Positions 9,974 to 18,702 of a DNA stretch of 64,000 nt are shown piece after piece. The stretch lies in NCBI GenBank assembly GCA_965205015.1, contig OZ242029.1, positions 3,200,001 to 3,264,000 on the forward strand. The letters run 5' to 3'. Every line of letters begins with the position of its first letter. Positions within the stretch are counted from its first letter, which is position 1. This DNA is from Candidatus Poribacteria bacterium (GTDB lineage: Bacteria; Poribacteria; WGA-4E; WGA-3G). The translations under genes and the position numbers were made by a program. The notes beneath the pieces were generated by a model. The model saw nothing but the letters and a program-made list of their open reading frames with translations. It searched no databases and was not told the origin of the DNA.

Positions 9974-11869
9974 CTACCTGACCTGTGTACCGAGGGGCAT
10001 TTCTGTTTCAAGGGTTGCCAAAACGACAGCGTCACCACTCCCTGCGAGAATCATACCGTGTGATTCAACACCCCGAATTGTCGCCGGTTCTAAATTCGCG
10101 ACGACGATCACCTGTTTACCTACCAGGACGCCAGGTTTATAGTGTTCGGCAATTCCAGCGACCAACTGTCGTTTTTCAGTGCCGAGGTCTACCTGCAATT
10201 TGAGGAGTCGGTCTGCCCCTTCAATCGGTTCGGCACTGAGGATACGCGCCACTCGCAGATCCAATTTTTGGAAATCAGCGAAGGCAACAAGACTTGACGT
10301 TTGCTTTTGCTTTTTCTGTTTGGGTTGTGTGGTTTCTTTCGGCTGCGTCTGTTTCTGTTTTTTGACATCGACGCGGGGGAAGATAGGTTCCCCTCTACTG
10401 ACTGTCAGTCCTACGGGTAAGCGTCCCCACGCTGCGATGGCATCAAATTCCGCTAAACCGATCTGTTTCTGAATCTTCTCAGCCGTATCTGGAACAAAAG
10501 GTGAGATCAGGACAGAGATGAATCGCAGTGCCTCTAAACTATTGTAGAGGATTGTGCCCATTCTCGGTTTCGTCTCAGGTTTCGCGAGCGTCCAGACTTG
10601 CGTTTGTTGGACATACCGATTGATGCGTCTAACAAATTCCCAGATGGTTTCCAATGCCGTGTCAAACGCGAAAGCGTTGATGTGCGCGTCTAACTTCTCT
10701 GCCGTCGTCTGCGCCATCGTCGTAATTTCGTTGTCAAATTCACCAGGAGTCGTGGGTTCCGGAATCCCTTCAAAGTTCTTGTTGACTAAGCCGAGCACAC
10801 GATTGAGCAGGTTACCGAGGTCGTTCGCGAGGTCTGCGTTGTAGCGGGCGTGTAAACGAGCGGGACGGTAATCGCCATCGTTTCCGAAACTAAATTCGCG
10901 TAGGAGGTAATAACGGAACGCATCCAGTCCGTATTTCGCGATGTCTGCATCCAGATCAACGAAAATACCTCGCGTTTTACTCAACGCTTCGCCATCTTTT
11001 GTCAAAAAACCGTGTGCGATGATCTGCTTGGGCAGTGGTAAATCAACAGCCATCAACATTGCGGGCCAGATCAGTGCATGGAAGCGGGTGATGTCCTTCC
11101 CCATCATGTGGATGTCAGCGGGCCAAAAGGTGCGATACTGTTCACTATCGGTTTCATAACCGAGTGCCGTCATGTAGTTCATTAATGCCTCGATCCAGAC
11201 ATAGACGATATGCTCAGGATCGAACGGTAAAGAAATGCCCCACGAGACGGAGGAACGGGATATACTTATATCCTCCAATCCAGACTCGAGGACGTTCAGA
11301 AGTTCATTACGCCGAGCTGTGGGGTAGACAAAGTCTGGATTCTCGCGAAAATGGGCAAGTAAGCGATCTTGGTACTTGGAGAGTCTAAAGAAATAGTTAT
11401 CTTCCTCAAGCCACTCCAGGGGCAATTTATGAATCGGGCAGATCTTTTCGTCTGTCAATTCTTTTTCTGGAACAAACCGCTCGCAGTGAAGGCAGTAGTA
11501 TCCTTCATAAGTCCCTTTGTAGACATCCTCACTGGCGTAGAGGGCGGTGAGGAATTTCTTCGCCCCGCGCTTGTGCATATCGCTCGTTGTCCGCATGAAG
11601 ATGTCGTGCGAGATATTCAGTCGTTTCCAAAATTTGATAAATGTAGGTGCTATTTTATCGCAATAATCTTGTGGGGATAGGCCTGCATCCTGAGCGGCTT
11701 TATGTATCTTTGCGCCGTGTTCATCAACGCCGGTCAAAAAGAACACCTCATCGCCTTTGAGGCGATGATAGCGCGCCAAAGTATCTGCGACAATGGTAGT
11801 ATAACCGTGTCCTGCATGCGGTTCGTCGTTGACGTAGTAGATAGGTGTGGTGATGTAAAATGCGCTCAT
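9974..11869 (-). CDS. metG: Methionine--tRNA ligase with C-terminal tRNA-binding domain
   Basis: FYITTPIYYVN..PHAGH, zinc knuckle CLHC...CPIH, YVWIEAL, GKDITRFH, LANDLGNL, C-terminal EMAP-like domain. Confidence 0.97.
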   Translation of the reverse strand: MSAFYITTPIYYVNDEPHAGHGYTTIVADTLARYHRLKGDEVFFLTGVDEHGAKIHKAAQDAGLSPQDYCDKIAPTFIKFWKRLNISHDIFMRTTSDMHKRGAKKFLTALYASEDVYKGTYEGYYCLHCERFVPEKELTDEKICPIHKLPLEWLEEDNYFFRLSKYQDRLLAHFRENPDFVYPTARRNELLNVLESGLEDISISRSSVSWGISLPFDPEHIVYVWIEALMNYMTALGYETDSEQYRTFWPADIHMMGKDITRFHALIWPAMLMAVDLPLPKQIIAHGFLTKDGEALSKTRGIFVDLDADIAKYGLDAFRYYLLREFSFGNDGDYRPARLHARYNADLANDLGNLLNRVLGLVNKNFEGIPEPTTPGEFDNEITTMAQTTAEKLDAHINAFAFDTALETIWEFVRRINRYVQQTQVWTLAKPETKPRMGTILYNSLEALRFISVLISPFVPDTAEKIQKQIGLAEFDAIAAWGRLPVGLTVSRGEPIFPRVDVKKQKQTQPKETTQPKQKKQKQTSSLVAFADFQKLDLRVARILSAEPIEGADRLLKLQVDLGTEKRQLVAGIAEHYKPGVLVGKQVIVVANLEPATIRGVESHGMILAGSGDAVVLATLETEMPLGTQVR

Positions 11870-12174
11870 TGTATTTCCTTTTTCTTTTCGGTACCTGGTT
11901 TTCCTTCTAACGGCACAATGCGGATTCTAAGATCTTTGCCCAGAAATTTAACAATACGAACGAGCATCAAAAAAGCGTTGCCTGGGTATGACGACTCCTC
12001 AAGAGCCTTAATAACGTTTTCCTCTAAACAGACAAACTGGGCAAATTCGGTTCGAGTTCCTCCTGTTGATCTGCGTAAATTAGAGACGATGTGTGCAATC
12101 TCTGGCTTCACCTTTTCTTGTGCCGATTGTGCGAGTGTTGCGGCATTTGTTGTCTGTTTCGGTTGCATCGTCAA
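11866..12174 (-). CDS. XRE/HTH antitoxin-like protein (paralog of the upstream HTH gene)
   Basis: HTH segment aligns by eye with 12171-12572; stop overlaps the metG start (ATGA). Confidence 0.65.
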   Translation of the reverse strand: MTMQPKQTTNAATLAQSAQEKVKPEIAHIVSNLRRSTGGTRTEFAQFVCLEENVIKALEESSYPGNAFLMLVRIVKFLGKDLRIRIVPLEGKPGTEKKKEIQ

Positions 12175-12572
12175 TCTCCTATATGGATTGAAATGGATTC
12201 CTCAGTGTTCCTGTTCGACCGCGCTGCGAGTTCTTGTTCCTGTTCGGGTTCAACATATTTCTCCGGCAACACCGTAATAATGCGAAGTTCAAGGTCTCTG
12301 CCGAGGACCTCAGCGATATGTGCAAGGATCCCAAAAGAATCCCCTTCATAAGCGGATTCTTCAAGGTCTTCAATAACGCTTTCTTGAACCCCAACTTTCT
12401 CAGCAAACTGTGTGTGTGTGAGCGATGTCCATTGCCGTAAATCGTAAACGGCTTGCGCGATTTCCAATTGGATTTCGTCTTCCGCTAACATTGCCATCAT
12501 TTCGGGCCTTCCCTTAATAAAAAGAAGGTCCATAATCTCAATAGCGTCCGTTATTGTTTGTTTTTCAGACAT
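12171..12572 (-). CDS. XRE/HTH antitoxin (HigA-like partner of a Gp49-type toxin)
   Basis: TDAIEI..., EIAQAVYDLR...LTHTQFAEKVGVQESVIEDLE..YEG; directly downstream of the toxin. Confidence 0.8.
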   Translation of the reverse strand: MSEKQTITDAIEIMDLLFIKGRPEMMAMLAEDEIQLEIAQAVYDLRQWTSLTHTQFAEKVGVQESVIEDLEESAYEGDSFGILAHIAEVLGRDLELRIITVLPEKYVEPEQEQELAARSNRNTEESISIHIGD

Positions 12573-12945
12573 TGACAATCTCCTGTGTGTGCCTGGACGG
12601 ATTATTCTCAAATTGAGATTTTCGCCTCTGTGCTATCTCTATTTCTCTGGATGGGACAGCCGATGTTTTTTTGATAATTCCATGTGTAATAACAGCAATA
12701 TTTCCACGATAGAAGAAGTAGAATATCCGGTATCTGAGCCTGCCAAACCTCACCCGCAGTTCATGAATTCCATCGATCAAATAGCGTGTATGGGGAAACT
12801 GGAGTCTATCCTCTTCCGATGCTAATCGCCTCATCAATCCCATACATTTTGTTTGGTGCCTTGCTGGTAAACTGTCAAGTCACCGAAGCACTGGAATTCG
12901 CCCGCTTCGTTCGCGATAAAAGACAACTCGCCTTTGTTGTGGGAG
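12565..12945 (-). pseudogene. RelE/Gp49-like type II toxin interrupted by an in-frame TGA (12882-12880)
   Basis: Frame reads RVVFYRERSGRIPVLR*LDSLPARHQTKCMGL...PHTRYLIDGIHELRVR...RIFYFF...THGIIKKT. Confidence 0.75.
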
Positions 12946-12971
12946 TGGTGCTTGAGAGAACGTACTATTAG

Positions 12972-13000
12972 ATTTTACCATAGAAATTCCCAGTTGTCAA
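12972..13000 (-). promoter_or_regulatory. Sigma70-type promoter upstream of the TA module and metG
   Basis: TTGACA-17 bp-TAAAAT. Confidence 0.7.
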
Positions 13001-13043
13001 CTTTTTCGGCGAGAAGGCATGCTGTCTTGATGGCCGCTATTAC

Positions 13044-14027
13044 CTATTGGAGTAATTTTAAGCACATTACCTCTAAAGCCAAGGTGGCATTCGTGTTTGT
13101 GTTCTCAAGGAGGGATTTGGTATCAAAAATGGTTTGGATGGCTTGTTGTATACGCAGGCGCGAATAGTAGGGAACAATGGCTCGGAGTTCCTCAAGGGAG
13201 TAAATGTGCGTTATCAATTCGCTGGGCGCGCCTTGTTGTAAAAAGAGGAGGTCCCGGTACCATGTAACTAACTCGCCCAAAGTTTCGGGGTTATTTTTAA
13301 AGTCTTCGGCAAGTCTGAAAGCGGCTAATCGATCCGTCTCTCTGAGGATTTCCGGTACTTTTTCGGTGAGGGGATCACCTTTTTCAATCTGCGTGAGTGC
13401 TTTTCCGATGGAGCCTCCCGATGCGATTGCGAGTGCTGTTGCCTGCTTTGGCACGACTGAAAACCTATCCACTAAGATATCTGCTAATTCTTGTGTTGAC
13501 ATCGGATGAAACTGGAGGATTTGGCATCGGGACCGTGTCGTCGGAAGCAGTGCTTGGGCGTTTGCGGTGATTAAAATTAAAACAGATGCCGCGGGGGGTT
13601 CTTCCAGCGTCTTGAGTAGGCAGTTTTCAGCCTCTGGATTCATCCGATCCGCGTCTGTCAAAATGTAGATTTTCCGACTCGCTTCGAGGGGTTCATAGAT
13701 AACCTGCCTTTGCAACTCTCGAATCTGTCCGATTTTCAGGAGACTCCCGTCGGGCCGAATGAACTGTAGGTCAGGATGGTTTCCCGAATCTATCTTTCGA
13801 CAGGCGAGGCATGTGCCGCACACCAGTCCCTTCTCAGTAACGGACGGAGACTCTGGAGGTTGCGATTCTTGTTGACAGAAGATTAATTGCGCGAAATAAC
13901 GGGCGACTGTCTCCTTTCCGACGCCCGCTGGTCCGACGAAAAGATATGCCCCAGCAATACGTCCCGATGCCACGGTTCGCTGGAGTTGCTCGACAATCTG
14001 CTGATGTCCAACGATTGGATTTTGCAT
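13044..14027 (-). CDS. holB: DNA polymerase III delta' subunit
   Basis: AYLFVGPAGVGK, CGTCLAC, HPDL, NCLLKTLEEPP, SRC; follows tmk. Confidence 0.93.
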   Translation of the reverse strand: MQNPIVGHQQIVEQLQRTVASGRIAGAYLFVGPAGVGKETVARYFAQLIFCQQESQPPESPSVTEKGLVCGTCLACRKIDSGNHPDLQFIRPDGSLLKIGQIRELQRQVIYEPLEASRKIYILTDADRMNPEAENCLLKTLEEPPAASVLILITANAQALLPTTRSRCQILQFHPMSTQELADILVDRFSVVPKQATALAIASGGSIGKALTQIEKGDPLTEKVPEILRETDRLAAFRLAEDFKNNPETLGELVTWYRDLLFLQQGAPSELITHIYSLEELRAIVPYYSRLRIQQAIQTIFDTKSLLENTNTNATLALEVMCLKLLQ

Positions 14028-14117
14028 TTTTCCTCCCAATCGGAGATCGCTCCTACATGGACAGTTAGAAACCTTTAACTGTCAGTTATGTGAACGGACA
14101 CCGTTCAGAAACCTCGC

Positions 14118-14732
14118 TTACCATGAATAATCTTGATATTCGGCTAAGACTGCGGCGTGAATAACATCTGGAGACTGTGTAGCGTCTATCAGTTTGATAC
14201 GATGTGGATTCGCCTTTGCGACAGATAGGTATCCCTCGCGAACCTTGCGATGCGATTCTAACGACTCTCTGTCCAGACGGTCGCGATGGACCCCACCTTG
14301 CTGTTGGCGTGATAGTCCGATCTCTGGGGACAGGTCGAGGATAAAGGTAATGTCAGGGGTCAATCCACCCGTAGCAATGTGATTTAATTGGTGGATAAAC
14401 GCAAGGTCAATGCCGCCGCGATACCCTTGATAAGCCACAGTGGCATCAATAAACCTATCACAGATAACGGTTCGGCGTGCCTGTAACGCCGGACGTATCT
14501 GTTCGTTGACGTGTTGTGCGCGTGCAGCAGCTATCAGCAATAGCTCTGTCATCGGTGTTATACCCTCAGATGTTAGGAAGATGTGGCGAATCTGTTCGGA
14601 AATGTGTGTGCCGCCGGGTTCACGGGTGAGGACGGCATCCGGTCCGAGGGCAGCTGCCAAGCGTTGTGATTGCGTCGTCTTACCCGACCCTTCTATACCT
14701 TCAAATGTAATGAAAATTCCGCGTCGTGCCAT
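14118..14732 (-). CDS. tmk: Thymidylate kinase (start ATG at 14732)
   Basis: FITFEGIEGSGKTTQ, TREPGGT, CDRF..ATVAYQG. Confidence 0.96.
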   Translation of the reverse strand: MARRGIFITFEGIEGSGKTTQSQRLAAALGPDAVLTREPGGTHISEQIRHIFLTSEGITPMTELLLIAAARAQHVNEQIRPALQARRTVICDRFIDATVAYQGYRGGIDLAFIHQLNHIATGGLTPDITFILDLSPEIGLSRQQQGGVHRDRLDRESLESHRKVREGYLSVAKANPHRIKLIDATQSPDVIHAAVLAEYQDYSW

Positions 14733-14742
14733 ATTTCTCGTG

Positions 14743-15756
14743 TTAAAGAAAAAGAACCCACATTGGGCTTTCCCCGACTGTATAGTTACCAATCGGTGCC
14801 AACGCTCCACTTTCCCGATTGATGCGATAGGTAGCGAGTTTGCCTGACCCTTGACCCCCGACAAAGAGCAGGGTGCCGGTTGCGTCAATATTGAAAACGC
14901 GCGGCGTCGGTTCGGTTAACTGATGCCCGACAACACTGAGTTTCCCACTCTCTGCGTCGATTGCGAATGCTGCGATACTGTCATGTCCTCGATTGGAAAC
15001 ATAGAGAAATGTTCCCTGTGGATCGATGTGAATCTGAGCACAGGTATTATCCGCATCAAAATCCGCGGGAAGTGTAGACAAATCTTCCTGTAAATCCACC
15101 AAGATTCCTGGATGTTCTCCTTCCTCAAGGGTGTATGCGGAGACGCTTGATCCTTGTTCATTTGAGGCATAAAGGATCGGTTTGCTCGGATGAAAGCAGA
15201 CGTGTCGTGGTCCAATGGGAGCACCCGGGTTGAGGTTTCCTACCGGATTTTGTGTGAGTGTGCCTGTTCCCTCATCGAATTGAAACTGATAGATGGCGTT
15301 TCGAGGCACGGTATGCGGCACGAAGGCGAACCGATTTGAGGCATCCGTTTCGATGCAGTGTGCGTGTATATCCGTTTCAACAGTCTGGAGCGGCTCACCT
15401 TGCACGGTCTTATCGTCGCCGATGGTGTGTACCGTAACCTTGCCAGCACCGTAATAGGCGGACAGCAAGAAATTTCCGGTTTTGTCAGTCGCAATATAAC
15501 ACGTGTCCGCGTCCAGCTGTACTGTTCGCAAATGGGTGAGATGTTTTGTCTTTTCATCAATGCGGAAGCTTGCGATTTCTCGACTGGATCGGAGCCCAGC
15601 ATAGAGATAGTTACCACATAGTGAGCGTGCTAACGGACCGGGGGAACCGCTGACACCAATGTTTTCCTGAAATTCAATGTCGCCGCTGGAGACATCCAGT
15701 GTGTAAATGGCGATTCTGTTTTCTCCTGCGATGGAGAGATAAACGTGCGTTTGCAT
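14743..15756 (-). CDS. 6-phosphogluconolactonase-family lactonase (7-bladed propeller)
   Basis: HAHC, GPRH, LYVSNRGHDSIA, PRVF motifs. Confidence 0.88.
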   Translation of the reverse strand: MQTHVYLSIAGENRIAIYTLDVSSGDIEFQENIGVSGSPGPLARSLCGNYLYAGLRSSREIASFRIDEKTKHLTHLRTVQLDADTCYIATDKTGNFLLSAYYGAGKVTVHTIGDDKTVQGEPLQTVETDIHAHCIETDASNRFAFVPHTVPRNAIYQFQFDEGTGTLTQNPVGNLNPGAPIGPRHVCFHPSKPILYASNEQGSSVSAYTLEEGEHPGILVDLQEDLSTLPADFDADNTCAQIHIDPQGTFLYVSNRGHDSIAAFAIDAESGKLSVVGHQLTEPTPRVFNIDATGTLLFVGGQGSGKLATYRINRESGALAPIGNYTVGESPMWVLFL

Positions 15757-15846
15757 ATTTTAATTTTTCCTTGCGGTTCGGTGAGGTGGGTTTGAATCTT
15801 TGATGTTATTTCCCGTATACCCGCCCTCCATTACATTACGGGCTAA
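15754..15846 (-). repeat. Copy of the CGAACCGCAAGG...ATG element at the lactonase start
   Basis: CGAACCGCAAGGAAAAATTAAAATATG; CCATTACATTACGGGCT block also at 23033-23051. Confidence 0.7.
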
Positions 15847-15945
15847 TGGTTGCGTATTAAAGGAGGTCCAGACTTCCGTATCCGGTCGCGTCCGAATCAA
15901 GAACCTACGCGTAAGCATAGCGGAGCGCAGTCAAGGGCCCATAGA

Positions 15946-17130
15946 TTAAAAATTGAAAATGCCAGCGGCACCCATACCTCCGCCGATACACATTGTTACC
16001 ATGCCGTATCTGTGATTTTGCCGCCGCATTTCGTTAATCAAACTTACGGTGAGTTTGGCACCTGTGCAACCGAGCGGATGTCCTAAGGCGACTGCACCGC
16101 CATTGACGTTCACCTTTTCGGGTGGTAATTGCGCCTCTTGGATCACGGCGAGGGCTTGTACGGCAAATGCTTCATTTAGCTCTATAACATCTATATCTGC
16201 TAAAGTTAACTCGGCAGTTGCGAGTGCCTTCGGGATCGCGGGAACCGGTCCGATCCCCATGATTTCGGGAGAAACGCCTGCTGTCGCGTAACTAACGAAA
16301 CGGGCTAAGGGGTCGTAACCTTCAGCGTTCGCGCGTGTCTCAGACATGAGAACAGCAGCAGCAGCACCATCGCTCATTTGGGAAGCGTTACCAGCGGTTA
16401 CAGTCCCATCTACATGGAAAACAGGTTTCAGGGATGCCAATGCTTCTGGCGATGTATCCCGGCGGGGACCTTCATCCGTATCAAAAACAGAACAGGTAGT
16501 TTCAGATATTGTATTTTCCGAATTGAAATGCGTTTCTTCTATTGTCAGCGGCACGATTTCTTCTTTGAATTTGCCTGCATCGATCGCTGCGATCGCCTTG
16601 TAGTGGCTTTCATAAGCATAAGCGTCTTGGGCGCTGCGAGATATATTGTATTTTCGCGATAGGTTTTCAGCCGTCAACCCCATGCTGAGGTAGGCATCCG
16701 GGGCGTGTTCTATGAGCGTCGGGTTCGGTGAGAGATTGACCCCAAACGGCACTTGGCTCATACTCTCCACACCCCCAGCAACGACGACTTCGGCGCGACT
16801 GGATAGGATCTGTTCCGCGCCCATCGCTATTGTCTCCAAACCAGAGGCGCAGAATCGGTTGATTGTCAGAGCAGGGACGGAGACAGGAAAGCCAGCGCGT
16901 AAACTGGCGATACGCGCGAGGTTGTACCCCTGCGGTCCCTCATGTGTGGCACATCCGATGATGATATCGTCTATGGCCTCGAGATCAAACTGTGGAAGTT
17001 TATCGATCACACCACGGAGGGCAGCCGCAGCGAGTTCATCTGGACGTGTGTTTTTGAGTGTCCCTCTCCCCGCTCTGCCTACGGCTGTCCGTGCTGCAGA
17101 GACGATAACCACGTTTGGTGTCGTTTGCAT
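15946..17130 (-). CDS. fadA: Acetyl-CoA C-acyltransferase (thiolase)
   Basis: NRFCASG, NEAFA, GHPLGCTG, CIGGGMG. Confidence 0.95.
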   Translation of the reverse strand: MQTTPNVVIVSAARTAVGRAGRGTLKNTRPDELAAAALRGVIDKLPQFDLEAIDDIIIGCATHEGPQGYNLARIASLRAGFPVSVPALTINRFCASGLETIAMGAEQILSSRAEVVVAGGVESMSQVPFGVNLSPNPTLIEHAPDAYLSMGLTAENLSRKYNISRSAQDAYAYESHYKAIAAIDAGKFKEEIVPLTIEETHFNSENTISETTCSVFDTDEGPRRDTSPEALASLKPVFHVDGTVTAGNASQMSDGAAAAVLMSETRANAEGYDPLARFVSYATAGVSPEIMGIGPVPAIPKALATAELTLADIDVIELNEAFAVQALAVIQEAQLPPEKVNVNGGAVALGHPLGCTGAKLTVSLINEMRRQNHRYGMVTMCIGGGMGAAGIFNF

Positions 17131-18104
17131 TATTTTTTACCCTTCTGGAGCGTCGCCTCTATCCTTGCATGGGTTTCCTGCTGCCCACAAAGACTGAGGA
17201 ATGTCTCGTGCTCCAGGTCAAGCAGATATTGTTCGGTGACGAATTGTGGGGTTGAGAGCGTGCCACCGCAGAGAACGAACGCCAATTTATTATCGAGGTA
17301 CTGCGTGTAATCGTCGATGAGCCCCGCCTGTCGAAGCAGGTGTGTTTGTAGGTTGAGCTGGGCGATTCCCTCCTCACCAAGCACAAGTATCTGTGGGGGT
17401 TCGGGTGGACGATAATCAGTTTCGGACAGTGAGAGCACAAGATGCTTGGCATCCGCAAGATGTGACGCTTGATCTAATGAAACCGCATCAGTGCGACGAA
17501 GGTAACCGAGTTCCCCTGCGTCCGTGGCGTTCTGTGAGACCTTCGATTCACGAAGCGTATCAAAAGTCGTATTCACATAGGGAAACAGTGTCTGAACCGG
17601 TGTGGTTGGAGACTGCCCTTCCAGACATCGAAACGCCATCTCTTTCGTACCACCACCACCTGGAATGAGTCCCACGCGGAGTTCAACGAGACCGAGATAA
17701 CTCTCAGTGAAGGCTTGCACGGCATCAGCACCGAATGCGAGTTCGCAACCTCCGCCGAGTGCCATACCAGCTGTCGCCGCGACGACAGGTTTTGATGCCG
17801 TCCGAAGCCGTGTGCAGACGGCTTGTAGATTCCGGAGTGTTGCCGAAATAGCGTCCCAATTTTTGCTCTTGGCGCGCTCCAACAGGAGAATCAGGTTGAG
17901 TCCCACCGAAAAATTCTTCGCTTCTGTGGCGACAATCATACCTCTCCAATTGGTGTCTACCTCATCCAACGCGGCATCAAACATCTCCAGCATTCCGTCC
18001 CCTATGATGTTCAACTTGCTATGCAGTTCAAGCCGGGCGATGCCATCACCGATGTCTATCAGGCTGGCGTCTGTATTGGAAATGATAGGTTTAGGGGTTG
18101 TCAT
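17130..18104 (-). CDS. Enoyl-CoA hydratase/crotonase-like protein (stand-alone C-terminal domain of a FadN-type enzyme)
   Basis: ASLIDIGDG, NFSVGLNL, ALGGGCE, GLVE..VGLIPGGGG, EQYLLDLE..FLSLCG. Confidence 0.85.
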   Translation of the reverse strand: MTTPKPIISNTDASLIDIGDGIARLELHSKLNIIGDGMLEMFDAALDEVDTNWRGMIVATEAKNFSVGLNLILLLERAKSKNWDAISATLRNLQAVCTRLRTASKPVVAATAGMALGGGCELAFGADAVQAFTESYLGLVELRVGLIPGGGGTKEMAFRCLEGQSPTTPVQTLFPYVNTTFDTLRESKVSQNATDAGELGYLRRTDAVSLDQASHLADAKHLVLSLSETDYRPPEPPQILVLGEEGIAQLNLQTHLLRQAGLIDDYTQYLDNKLAFVLCGGTLSTPQFVTEQYLLDLEHETFLSLCGQQETHARIEATLQKGKK

Positions 18105-18171
18105 TTTTTTTAAGGTTGACCTCTCAATAATTTACTTTAGAAGAGTTCTGAAACTGCCTGCCAACTGAAGG

Positions 18172-18570
18172 CTACGCATCGAAATGGTAGACGATTTCGT
18201 CAAACCGGTCTGCTGCGAAGGTGAATAGAAAGACAAGATTCTCTGTGCTGGTACAACGAAGCGAATGTTTCGCATTAGCGGGTATAAAGACGGATGCCCC
18301 CGGACTAAGTGATGCTTCCTTATCATCTATTGTCACATGCCCGTAGCCGCTGATGACATAGTATGTCTCTTCGGGTTCGTGGTGGTGGAGCGGGAGTAGG
18401 GTCCCCGGAGCCATCTCTGCTATTCCATTGGTAAGTCGACCACTGGGTCCGCGTTCGCCCGATATGAGGATTTTCCAACGCACTGGACTCTTGGCAGCGA
18501 GGACTGGATCGTCCCAGGTTTCCCAATCAAGTTCTGCTTGGTTGAGGATAATGGGTTCTTGTTTATTCAT
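18172..18570 (-). CDS. Cupin protein, DddK/DddW-like (candidate DMSP lyase)
   Basis: VRWKILI..G.AE.APG..LPLHHH.PEETYYV.SG...FIPANAKH...F..DRF.E..Y.F. Confidence 0.65.
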   Translation of the reverse strand: MNKQEPIILNQAELDWETWDDPVLAAKSPVRWKILISGERGPSGRLTNGIAEMAPGTLLPLHHHEPEETYYVISGYGHVTIDDKEASLSPGASVFIPANAKHSLRCTSTENLVFLFTFAADRFDEIVYHFDA

Positions 18571-18646
18571 AAGGATATTCTAACAGATCTGGGGAGATTT
18601 TACAATATTTTTTGAGACGAAATGGACACGGCGCCAAGTCATATAA

Positions 18647-18680
18647 AAAGAAAAGGGGCAGGCATAAAAACCTGCCCTTA
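18647..18680 (-). terminator. Probable intrinsic terminator after ilvD
   Basis: GGGCAGG...CCTGCCC hairpin followed by a U-rich tract on the minus strand. Confidence 0.6.
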
Positions 18681-18702
18681 TGGATAGGAAATAAAATCGT
18701 TT

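Noticed and set aside
12880-12882. TGA as selenocysteine or alternative genetic code
   Set aside because: The position fits Trp rather than Cys, no SECIS-like hairpin was evident, and TGA serves as a normal stop for other genes here.
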